Of a stretch of DNA of 64,000 nucleotides, positions 41,342-50,660 are shown one piece after another (position 1 is the first letter of the stretch; every line of letters starts with the position of its first letter). Origin of the DNA: Aulosira sp. ZfuVER01 (GTDB lineage: Bacteria > Cyanobacteriota > Cyanobacteriia > Cyanobacteriales > Nostocaceae); the NCBI GenBank assembly GCA_034530615.2, contig JAVRCV020000079.1, positions 64,001 through 128,000 of the forward strand, in the 5' to 3' direction. Below the pieces are notes generated by a model. It did not search any database and was not told where the DNA came from. It saw nothing but the letters and a program-made list of their open reading frames with translations. Position numbers and translations under genes: made by a program.

Positions 41342-43348
41342 ATGGAATTGATAACTAATTCATTAGCTTCAACTGAAAACGAATTATTTATAAACACTAA
41401 TGCAGAACAAGATAGCTTCAGAGTAACTAGCTTGAAAGAATCCGAACAATGGCAATTACTAGACAAGTGGAATCATACTCAAACTGATTACCCTAGACAA
41501 GCGTGTATTCATCAGCTGTTTGAAGCACAGGTAGAGAAAACACCTGATTCTATAGCGCTAGTATTTGAAAACCAGCAGATTACGTATCGAGATTTGAATA
41601 GTCGTGCTAATCAACTAGCACAATATCTACAAACACTAGGAGTAGGTGCAGAAGTTCTCGTAGGAATCTGCGTAGAACGCTCAGTAGAGATGGTTGTAGG
41701 ACTTCTAGCCATTCTCAAAGCAGGTGGAGCTTATGTACCATTAGATCCAGGGTATCCGCAAGAACGTTTAGCTTTTATGCTGTCAGATACCAATGTATCG
41801 GTACTATTAACTCAAAAAGAACTAGTTGCTAAATTACCTATTCATACTGCATCTGTAATTTGTCTAGATACAGATTGGAATGCTATTGCTCAAAATAATC
41901 AAGAGAACCTAAACACTCACATCACCGCCGACAACTTAGCTTACGTGATGTACACCTCAGGTTCTACAGGTAAACCCAAGGGTGTTTGTGTAATTCATCG
42001 CGGTGTAGTGAGGTTAGTCAAAGAAACTAACTATGCTCAACTAACGGCTGAAGAAGTAATTCTGCAACTGGCCCCTATTTCATTTGACGCTTCAACTTTA
42101 GAAATTTGGGGTTGCTTACTTAATGGTGGAAAATTAGTAATTTGTCCTCCCCATACACCATCTTTAGAAGAATTAGGGCAGATTATTCAGCAAAACCAAG
42201 TGACAACTCTGTGGCTGACGGCTGGTTTATTTCACTTGATTGTAGATGAAAAAATTGATGCTTTAAAATCCTTGCGTCAACTTTTAGCGGGTGGTGATGT
42301 TTTATCAGTTCCTCATGTGCAGAAGTTTCTGCAAACAGTAAAGAACTGTCAACTAATTAATGGTTACGGCCCTACTGAAAATACAACTTTTACCTGTTGC
42401 TACAGCATAACAGCACCATTGCAGCCAGGTGTATCCATTCCCATTGGTCGCCCAATTGCCAATACCCAAGTCTATATATTAGATGAGAACCTCCAACAAG
42501 TCGCGATCGCAGAAGTTGGCGAGTTGTATATTGGCGGTGATGGGCTTGCTAGAGGCTATCTGAACCGTCCTGATTTGACAGCTGAAAAATTTATTTCTCA
42601 CTCATTTAATAACAATTTCCAAACGCCCCTTTACAAGACAGGAGATTTAGCTCGTTTTCTTCCAAATGGCAATATCGAATTTTTAGGTCGAATTGATAAT
42701 CAAGTAAAAATTCGTGGCTTCCGAATTGAACTTGGGGAAATCGAAAGAGAAATTGCCCAACATCCTGACGTTCGCGAAGTTGTTGTTTTAGCACGTCAGC
42801 AAGAAACAGGCGAAAAGCAGTTAGTTGCTTATATTGTTCCTCATCAGAACAGTAGTTACACCCATAATCAATTGCGTAGCTTTTTACAACAGCGACTACC
42901 CAATTACATGGTGCCATCAGCATTTGTGTTGTTAGAAGCAATGCCTTTAACTGCTAATGGCAAAGTTGATAGACATAAATTACCTGCACCCAGTAGAGAA
43001 CGTCCGCAACTCGAACAAGCGTACATTTCTCCCCAAACCGATTTAGAGCGTCAGCTTGCAGATATTTTGTGCGAGTTACTGAAAATCGATCGTGTAGGTA
43101 TTGATGATAATTTCTTTGATTTGGGAGCAACTTCCATGTCAATTTTGCAAGTTGCTGCTCGGGTGCAACAGGAAATTAGTATCGAGCTATCTGCTGTCAA
43201 GCTCTTTCAATATTCCACGATTGGCGCATTAGCAAAATATTTGCAATTAAAACACAACAGCCAACCTTCTTATGACAAGCTGCAAAGTCGTGCCCAACGC
43301 CAGCAAGCAGCTCGTACTCGTCGCCGTAATCATCAACAAGGTGTTTAA
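41342..43348 (+). CDS. NRPS loading module A-T (Val-type code)
   Basis: YTSGSTGKPKG, FDAST, NGYGPTE, YKTGD, GRIDNQVKIRG, NGKVDR; T-domain LGATS; the ORF track opens at 41282. Confidence 0.93.
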   Translation: MELITNSLASTENELFINTNAEQDSFRVTSLKESEQWQLLDKWNHTQTDYPRQACIHQLFEAQVEKTPDSIALVFENQQITYRDLNSRANQLAQYLQTLGVGAEVLVGICVERSVEMVVGLLAILKAGGAYVPLDPGYPQERLAFMLSDTNVSVLLTQKELVAKLPIHTASVICLDTDWNAIAQNNQENLNTHITADNLAYVMYTSGSTGKPKGVCVIHRGVVRLVKETNYAQLTAEEVILQLAPISFDASTLEIWGCLLNGGKLVICPPHTPSLEELGQIIQQNQVTTLWLTAGLFHLIVDEKIDALKSLRQLLAGGDVLSVPHVQKFLQTVKNCQLINGYGPTENTTFTCCYSITAPLQPGVSIPIGRPIANTQVYILDENLQQVAIAEVGELYIGGDGLARGYLNRPDLTAEKFISHSFNNNFQTPLYKTGDLARFLPNGNIEFLGRIDNQVKIRGFRIELGEIEREIAQHPDVREVVVLARQQETGEKQLVAYIVPHQNSSYTHNQLRSFLQQRLPNYMVPSAFVLLEAMPLTANGKVDRHKLPAPSRERPQLEQAYISPQTDLERQLADILCELLKIDRVGIDDNFFDLGATSMSILQVAARVQQEISIELSAVKLFQYSTIGALAKYLQLKHNSQPSYDKLQSRAQRQQAARTRRRNHQQGV

Positions 43349-43351
43349 GCA

Positions 43352-46300
43352 ATGGTGAATATACAAGCATCGGATAGTCAAGATCCTATTGATGGTATTG
43401 CCATTATTGGCATGGTAGGGAGATTCCCTGGCGCTAGAAATGTCGATGAATTATGGCGCAATCTCTGTGAGGGAGTAGAGTCAACAACTTTTTTTGCAGA
43501 AGAAGAGTTAGATCCAAGTATTGACCCGAATCTTTGCAAAGATGCTAGCTACGTCAAAGCCAGAGGAACTATCCCTGGAGGTGAAACCTTTGATGCAGCC
43601 TTCTTTGGCATTAATCCCTCAGAAGCTGTGGTTATGGACCCCCAAGCGAGAGTCTTCCTAGAGTTGGTGTATGAAGCTTTAGAAAATGCTGGTTATGAAT
43701 CAGAGTCTTTCGACGGTTTGATAGGTTTGTACGCTGGTTGTGGTCAAAATACTTATTTTGCCAACCACATTTGTGGCCGGATGGAAATTGTCGATCGCAT
43801 CGGTGAATTTCAGACGATGCTAGCTAATGAAAAAGACTTTTTAACCACCCGTGCTGCTTACAAGCTTAATCTGAAAGGCCCGGCTGTCAGTGTAAATACT
43901 GCTTGTTCTACTTCTTTAGTAGCAATTATCCAGGCTTGTCAAGCTCTAAGCAACTATCAATGCGATATGGCTTTAGCTGGTGGTGTATCTATGACTACAC
44001 CCCAAAATAGCGGTTATATAGCTCAAGAAGGCAGTATGCTTTCTGGTGATGGGCATTGTCGCCCCTTCGATGTCAACGCTCAAGGCACAATGTTCAATAA
44101 CGGTGCAGGAATAGTTGCCCTGAAACGTTTAGAAGATGCATTACAAGATGGCGATCGCATTTATGCCGTAATTCGGGGGCTGGGTATTAATAATGACGGT
44201 GGTGACAAAGTGAGCTTTACGGCTCCCAGTGTAGACGGACAAGCAGAAGCCATTGCAATGGCGCAAGCTTATGCCAACATTCACCCCGAAACCATCTCTT
44301 ATATTGAAGCCCACGGTACAGCTACACCCTTAGGCGACCCAATTGAAATTGAGGCGTTAACGCAAGCATTCCGAGTGCATACAGATGCTAAACAATTTTG
44401 TGCGATTGGCTCAGTTAAAAGCAATGTCGGACATTTAGTAGCGGCGGCTGGAGTAACAGGGTTAATTAAAACTGCGCTCTCGCTCTATCAAAAAAAGCTA
44501 CCCCCAAGCCTGAATTTTACAGCACCAAACCCCAAAATTGACTTTGCCAACAGCCCCTTCTATGTTAATACCAAATTAGTCGAATGGCCAGAAGGTGAAA
44601 CTCCGCGCCGCGCTGGTGTGAGTTCTTTTGGTGTGGGTGGGACGAATGCTCATGTAGTTCTGGAAGAAGCACCACAAATTCAACATTCAGGTGCTTCTCG
44701 CCCACAGCAGCTATTGTTGCTCTCAGCAAAAACGAGTCAAGCCTTAGATGCTGCAACAGCCAATTTGCAGCAACATCTCCAATACAACGCCGAAATTAAC
44801 TTAGCCGATGTCGCTTATACCTTACAGCGCGGACGTAAAGCCTTCAACTATCGGCGCTATGTAGTTTGTCACGATATTACAAATGCGATCGCCTCTCTTC
44901 AATCTTTAGACCCCAATCAAGTAAGTACCCGTTATACAGAAATCCGCAATCCCCCTGTTGCTTTCATGTTTCCTGGGCAAGGGTCGCAATATGTGAACAT
45001 GGGATTGAATCTCTACAATCGCGAACCTGTATTTCGTGAGGTAGTAGATCGATGTGCTGAAATCCTCAAACCTTTGCTGGGTAGAGATTTACGAGAAATC
45101 ATGTATCCCGCACTAGGCGATCGCGAAACTGCGGCTATTTCTTTAAAACAAACCTTCTTTACCCAGCCAGCATTATTCGTGATTGAATACGCCCTAGCGC
45201 AACTATGGCAAAGTTGGGGAGTTAAACCCCAAGCCATGATTGGGCACAGTATTGGTGAATTTGTCGCCGCCTGTATTGCGGGTGTATTTAGCTTAGAAGA
45301 TGCGTTACTGTTGGTTGCAACTCGCGGTCGCTTAATGTGGGAATTACCGGGAGGAGCTATGCTTTCAGTCCGCCTCCCAGCCAAAGAAGTAGAGCCGCGA
45401 TTGAGTGCAGAATTAGCGATCGCCGCGATTAACGGCCCTTCCCTATGTGTAGTTGCAGGCCCCACAGATGCGATCGCATCGCTGCAACAACAACTAGAAA
45501 GTGAAGAGATTGTCTGTCGCCATCTCCATACCTCTCATGCTTTCCACTCTCCAATGATGGATAGTATTGTGGCTCCCTTTGCAGAGGTAGTTGGACAAGT
45601 TAAATTATCAGCACCTCAAATTCCCTTTGTTTCCACTGTCACCGCCAACTGGATTACAGATGAGCAAGCCACCAATCCAATGTATTGGGCAAATCATCTC
45701 CGCCAAACAGTGCGATTTGCGGAAGGCGTACAAACTCTCTGGCAACAGCCAGAACGAGTATTACTGGAGGTGGGGCCACGCGCCACAACTGCAACCCTAG
45801 CGCGCCAACAAGCTAAAGATATCAAACAACAAATTGCGATCGCTTCTCTAAGTGATAACGCTGAGAACAATGCGGAATGGAATGCATTACTCAAAGCAGT
45901 AGGACAACTGTGGTTAGCAGGAGTGACTATTGACTGGAGCAATTTCTATCAAGATGAAACACGCCAGCGAATTCCACTTCCGACTTATCCCTTTGAACGC
46001 CAACGTTTTTGGATCGATCCGCTACCCCATCCAAACCGCACCAAAACTGCTCAACTTCCTAATCCCCAAAGTGTAGAGAAACCTGCAACTATGTCATCGC
46101 CCAAGCAAAAACTTATTCCCCTGCTCAAAGAAGTTCTCGAAGAAACCTCTGGATTGGAAATCGCTGGTTTTGACGAATCGACAACGTTTTTAGAAATGGG
46201 GTTAGATTCCCTATCTCTAACTCAAGTTGGGCTAGCGTTAAAGAAAAAATTTAAAGTCAAGGTCACACTCAGGCAGTTATTAGAAGTTTGCCCGAATTTA

Positions 46301-48244
46301 GGAACTTTGGCTGACTTAGTTAATGAAGGTTTATCTCCAGAAACTGTATGCGCGCTTGGTTTGACAGAAACCATTGCAGAACCTATTCCCGAAGCACCAT
46401 TACCAACACCTGCAACCATAGTTCCCACGACTGTATCTGCACCGCAACAAATTGCTGCTCAACCTGTTGTTGCATCCAGTTTCTTGGAAACTGTGATTAA
46501 TCAGCAGCTACAAATCATGACTCAACAATTGGCGTTACTGGGTAACAACAATTTATCCCTAACAACGCCAGTTGTTCCGACAGTATCCACTCCGCAAAAT
46601 ACTATATCTGTAACCCCCACCCAAACTCCCAAAGAAGCAAAACCAACAGTAGAAGCTGAATCCAACGGCGCTAAAAAGGCATTTGGTGCAGCAGCGCGAA
46701 TTGAAAAAACCCAGAAAACTCTGACAACAGCACAACGCGCTTATCTAGATAAATTTATCCAACGATATACAAAACGGACGCAACAATCCAAAGAATATAC
46801 CCAATCTCATCGCCGTTACTTGGCAGATCCCAGAAGTGTTTCTGGCTTCAACCCCACGATGAAAGAGATGGTTTACCCGATTGTGGTATCTCGTTCATCA
46901 GGTTCTAAACTTTGGGATATTGACGGTAACGAATATGTTGATTTAAGTAATGGTTTTGGTTTGAATTTATTTGGTTGGTCACCAGCTTTCATTACTGAAG
47001 CAATTGAAGCCCAACTGAAACTGGGTATGGAAATCGGCCCCCAAACTCCTTTGGTGGGAGAAGTCGCAAAGTTAATGTGTGAATTAACCAACTTTGACCG
47101 CGCCGCTTTTTGCAACACAGGCTCAGAAGCTGTTTTAGGGGCGATGCGGTTGGCGCGAACAATCACAGGTCGTAACTTAATCGCCATCTTTTCAGGAGCC
47201 TATCACGGCATTTTAGATGAAGTCATTGTTCGCGGTAGCAAGCAACTGCGGTCAATTCCCGCCGCGCCTGGTATTCCTCCAGAAAAAGTAGAGAATATTT
47301 TGGTACTAGATTATGATTCACCCGAATCCTTAGAAATCCTCAAAAGTCGGGCTGATGAATTAGCTGGGGTGATGGTGGAATCTGTACAAAGCCGCCGCCC
47401 AGAATACCAACCCAAAGAATTCTTGCAGCAATTGCGTCAGTTCACTGAAGAGGCTGATATTGCTCTAATTTTTGATGAAATCGTTACTGGATTTAGAATT
47501 CATCCCGGTGGCGCGCAAGCTCACTTCGGTATTAAAGCTGACATTGCTACCTACGGTAAGATAGTCGGCGGTGGGCTACCGATTGGGGTCATTGCTGGGA
47601 CATCAAAATATATGGATGCTCTAGATGGTGGCTTTTGGCAGTATGGTGATGATTCAGTTCCAGAAGTAGGTGTCACTTACTTTGCTGGTACTTTCGTCCG
47701 CCATCCCCTAGCACTAGCAGCCGCAAAAGCAGTACTACAACATTTAAAGCAGAGTGGCCCTAGTTTACAGCAAAACCTCAATGCGAGAACCGATAAGTTT
47801 GTAGCAGAAATTATGGCTTGTTTCCAACAAGTAAAAGCACCCTTCACAGCCTATAATTTCGGTTCCCTATTCATGGTGAAACCTGCGCCAGAGTTCATCT
47901 ATGGAGATTTGTTCTTTTACTTGATGCGGGAAAAGGGAGTGCATATTTGGGATCACCGTCCTTGCTTCCTCACCACAGCCCATTCCGAAGCTGATTTGGC
48001 TTTTGTGATGACGGTCTTTAAAGAGAGTCTTGCTGAAATGCAAGCTGCTGGCTTCTTTGCTACACCTGCTGAAGAAGTCACAAGCCGCAGCCAAAATGCA
48101 GTTGTCGTTACCAATAACAGCCTCCGCAATTGTCCTCCCCAACCTGGTGCAAAATTAGGACGCGATCCGCAAGGTAACCCCTCTTGGTATATCCCCGATC
48201 CTGAGCGTCCTGGGAAATATTTACAAGTCGCCGGTGTTTCCTAG
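43352..48244 (+). CDS. Type I PKS KS-AT-ACP fused to a class III PLP aminotransferase
   Basis: KS TACSTS/EAHGT/NVGHL; AT GHSIG + HAFH (malonyl type); ACP GLDSL; aminotransferase NTGSEA, FDEIVTGFR, ATYGKIVGGG. Confidence 0.95.
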   Translation: MVNIQASDSQDPIDGIAIIGMVGRFPGARNVDELWRNLCEGVESTTFFAEEELDPSIDPNLCKDASYVKARGTIPGGETFDAAFFGINPSEAVVMDPQARVFLELVYEALENAGYESESFDGLIGLYAGCGQNTYFANHICGRMEIVDRIGEFQTMLANEKDFLTTRAAYKLNLKGPAVSVNTACSTSLVAIIQACQALSNYQCDMALAGGVSMTTPQNSGYIAQEGSMLSGDGHCRPFDVNAQGTMFNNGAGIVALKRLEDALQDGDRIYAVIRGLGINNDGGDKVSFTAPSVDGQAEAIAMAQAYANIHPETISYIEAHGTATPLGDPIEIEALTQAFRVHTDAKQFCAIGSVKSNVGHLVAAAGVTGLIKTALSLYQKKLPPSLNFTAPNPKIDFANSPFYVNTKLVEWPEGETPRRAGVSSFGVGGTNAHVVLEEAPQIQHSGASRPQQLLLLSAKTSQALDAATANLQQHLQYNAEINLADVAYTLQRGRKAFNYRRYVVCHDITNAIASLQSLDPNQVSTRYTEIRNPPVAFMFPGQGSQYVNMGLNLYNREPVFREVVDRCAEILKPLLGRDLREIMYPALGDRETAAISLKQTFFTQPALFVIEYALAQLWQSWGVKPQAMIGHSIGEFVAACIAGVFSLEDALLLVATRGRLMWELPGGAMLSVRLPAKEVEPRLSAELAIAAINGPSLCVVAGPTDAIASLQQQLESEEIVCRHLHTSHAFHSPMMDSIVAPFAEVVGQVKLSAPQIPFVSTVTANWITDEQATNPMYWANHLRQTVRFAEGVQTLWQQPERVLLEVGPRATTATLARQQAKDIKQQIAIASLSDNAENNAEWNALLKAVGQLWLAGVTIDWSNFYQDETRQRIPLPTYPFERQRFWIDPLPHPNRTKTAQLPNPQSVEKPATMSSPKQKLIPLLKEVLEETSGLEIAGFDESTTFLEMGLDSLSLTQVGLALKKKFKVKVTLRQLLEVCPNLGTLADLVNEGLSPETVCALGLTETIAEPIPEAPLPTPATIVPTTVSAPQQIAAQPVVASSFLETVINQQLQIMTQQLALLGNNNLSLTTPVVPTVSTPQNTISVTPTQTPKEAKPTVEAESNGAKKAFGAAARIEKTQKTLTTAQRAYLDKFIQRYTKRTQQSKEYTQSHRRYLADPRSVSGFNPTMKEMVYPIVVSRSSGSKLWDIDGNEYVDLSNGFGLNLFGWSPAFITEAIEAQLKLGMEIGPQTPLVGEVAKLMCELTNFDRAAFCNTGSEAVLGAMRLARTITGRNLIAIFSGAYHGILDEVIVRGSKQLRSIPAAPGIPPEKVENILVLDYDSPESLEILKSRADELAGVMVESVQSRRPEYQPKEFLQQLRQFTEEADIALIFDEIVTGFRIHPGGAQAHFGIKADIATYGKIVGGGLPIGVIAGTSKYMDALDGGFWQYGDDSVPEVGVTYFAGTFVRHPLALAAAKAVLQHLKQSGPSLQQNLNARTDKFVAEIMACFQQVKAPFTAYNFGSLFMVKPAPEFIYGDLFFYLMREKGVHIWDHRPCFLTTAHSEADLAFVMTVFKESLAEMQAAGFFATPAEEVTSRSQNAVVVTNNSLRNCPPQPGAKLGRDPQGNPSWYIPDPERPGKYLQVAGVS

Positions 48245-48257
48245 CGTGTTTTAAAAC

Positions 48258-48312
48258 TTTGGCGTTGCATATTGTTGGGATGATTTGTTTAATCTACTTC
48301 AGCAACGCCAAA
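48258..48312. repeat. Short inverted-repeat element between the PKS and JmjC genes
   Basis: TTTGGCGTTGC ... GCAACGCCAAA. Confidence 0.6.
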
Positions 48313-48379
48313 CATCAATCCCACAGAAAAATATTGAGAGTCAGTCATTTTTGCAAATACTTACCAATCAAGATTTTTT

Positions 48380-49402
48380 ATGCCAGTTGATAATTTACTT
48401 GAAAGTATTTCTATTCAGTCCGATTCAAAACTTCCTGAACAAATCATTCAAGCTGAACCTTTAAGCTTTAAAGAAAATTTCAACTCTTCTCACTTCATGT
48501 TTTCTCATAACCTGGCGGGACATCCTTTGTTTGAAATTCCCCGCTTGGTTGAGTTGGCTGATACTATCCTCAGTCAGGGGAGAACGAACAAAATTCAGAC
48601 TTATACCAGCAGAGTCCCTGTTGAGCAAAAGTGGAATCATCGACCCAGAATCAAGCAAATTTCCGAAGTTAAGGAAGCGATCGCAGAAATTGCGGAATCA
48701 GATTCCTGGGTGATGCTGGAAGATGTGCAAGTAGACCCACAATACGCCGCTTTGCTTGACCAAATCTTCACTGAACTCGAAATTCTTACAGGTAGACCGC
48801 TTCGCCAAGAAATGACTTGGTTCGGTGCTTACATCTTTATTGCTTCTCCCCATTCTGTTACGCCTTACCATATCGATAGCGAGTTGAACTTCCTCTTTCA
48901 GATTCATGGCGAAAAACAGATGAGTCTCTTCGATCAAAACGATCGTTCTGTACTCAGCGAGGAAGCAATCGAAAAATTTTACATGGGCGAGCTAAATGTA
49001 GCTAATTATCAAGAAGAGAATCAAATTAAAGCCAGCGTTTACGATTTACAACCAGGTAAAGGATTGCATCATCCAATACTGGCACCTCATTGGGCTAAAA
49101 ATGGTAGTCAGGTTTCTGTGGCTTTAAGTATCCTCTTTTATCTGCGACCTTATGATTTGAAAGCCAGAGTCTATCAAGTCAACAACTACCTGCGCCAACT
49201 CGGATTAGAACCTACCCCACCAGGAAAATCTGCACTGCTTGACCAAATCAAAATCTCTGCTTTAGGTCTTTTGTGCGATCGCCAGCCAAAAAGTAAATTT
49301 GCAATCCCACGTTCTGGAGCATTAAGACTCAAATCAATTGAGAAAAGGCTCAAACAATTTACTAACAAAATCGTGAATAAAATTAAAAATTTATCAAAAT
49401 AG
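48380..49402 (+). CDS. JmjC/cupin-like Fe(II)/2-oxoglutarate oxygenase
   Basis: TPYHIDSELNF (HxD), QIHGEK, L.PG...HHP...PHW (distal His). Confidence 0.75.
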   Translation: MPVDNLLESISIQSDSKLPEQIIQAEPLSFKENFNSSHFMFSHNLAGHPLFEIPRLVELADTILSQGRTNKIQTYTSRVPVEQKWNHRPRIKQISEVKEAIAEIAESDSWVMLEDVQVDPQYAALLDQIFTELEILTGRPLRQEMTWFGAYIFIASPHSVTPYHIDSELNFLFQIHGEKQMSLFDQNDRSVLSEEAIEKFYMGELNVANYQEENQIKASVYDLQPGKGLHHPILAPHWAKNGSQVSVALSILFYLRPYDLKARVYQVNNYLRQLGLEPTPPGKSALLDQIKISALGLLCDRQPKSKFAIPRSGALRLKSIEKRLKQFTNKIVNKIKNLSK

Positions 49403-49450
49403 TATAAGCATAAATTTGTATCTGAAGATAAATTAGATAGCAAAATATCA

Positions 49451-50590
49451 ATGTACAAACATATTAATTCGCTCACCTCTCTACGAGGTATTGCATCTGT
49501 AGTTGTTGTTATCCATCATTTCTCTTACTACACATTACCTAAAACTGGTTCAACTTTATCAACATATAGCAATTTTTTTCATAATGGATATTTGTGGGTA
49601 GACTTCTTTTTTATGTTGAGTGGTTTTATCATGACCCACGTTTATGCTAGAGATTTTTCTACAAAAGTGACTTCAGATAATTATCGCTCATACTTACTCT
49701 CACGTTTTGCAAGAATTTATCCTCTACATATATTTATCTTGTCTTTATTCGTTGGATTAGAGATTTTTAAAACATTTTTACTGCATCATTTTGTATTCAC
49801 GGGTAAGTTTAACTTAACAGCATTATTTGCCAATATTTTTCTTCTCCAAGCCTTTGACCTCAACTGTCCACCTTTATTTTGGTGTAATACCTACTGGAAT
49901 GAACCTGCGTGGTCAATTAGTGTAGAGTTTTTTATTTACTGTATATTTCCTTTTTTATTGTTTTTTCTATTAAAGAATAGTTATAAAAATGATTTGATGA
50001 TTTATCTTTCTAGCCTCATAGGTATATTATTATTAGTTACTTTTACTCGTGGGAATTTAGATAGTATTATCGGTGTACCTGCGATAGCTAGATGCGGACT
50101 AGAATGTGTACTTGGCATTATCACTTACAAAGTCTATCGTCGAGGTAATTATCAAAAGTATTTCAATCTGAATTTACTGGCAATCATAGCTATAACTTGG
50201 ATAATGCTAATTATGCATAATTACTGGCATCATTGGCGTAGTCTTCATGACTGCCTGATTTTACCTGCTTTTTCTTTACTAATTTTAGCTGTAGCAGTCA
50301 ATAATAAGGGTGTGATATCAAAATTTTTAAATTCACAGCTAATGCTATATCTCGGAACAATATCTTACTCAGTTTATCTAGTTCATTGGTTTATTCAAGA
50401 AGTAATTAAATTTTCCTGGGTTTATGAATTTAACGAAATTTTTGGACAAAGTTTTACTGGATTGGAAAACTTTCTAGCTCTAGGAGTATTTCTAACCATC
50501 ACCTTATTACTTGCATCACTAACATATAGATTTGTAGAGGTTCCTATGCGTAAATATTTAAAGTCAAAACTCTTAGCTAACCAGTATTGA
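49451..50590 (+). CDS. Membrane-bound acyltransferase family 3 (OafA-like)
   Basis: LTSLRGIA...VV.HH, VDFFFMLSGF, RFARIYP, WSISVE, LGTISYS.YL.H, FVEVP. Confidence 0.9.
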   Translation: MYKHINSLTSLRGIASVVVVIHHFSYYTLPKTGSTLSTYSNFFHNGYLWVDFFFMLSGFIMTHVYARDFSTKVTSDNYRSYLLSRFARIYPLHIFILSLFVGLEIFKTFLLHHFVFTGKFNLTALFANIFLLQAFDLNCPPLFWCNTYWNEPAWSISVEFFIYCIFPFLLFFLLKNSYKNDLMIYLSSLIGILLLVTFTRGNLDSIIGVPAIARCGLECVLGIITYKVYRRGNYQKYFNLNLLAIIAITWIMLIMHNYWHHWRSLHDCLILPAFSLLILAVAVNNKGVISKFLNSQLMLYLGTISYSVYLVHWFIQEVIKFSWVYEFNEIFGQSFTGLENFLALGVFLTITLLLASLTYRFVEVPMRKYLKSKLLANQY

Positions 50591-50660
50591 TTATCAGCAG
50601 TTGCTCGCAACGGAAATCCGTCCAAACCCATTAAATAACTTGAGAAAATAAGAAATTTTT

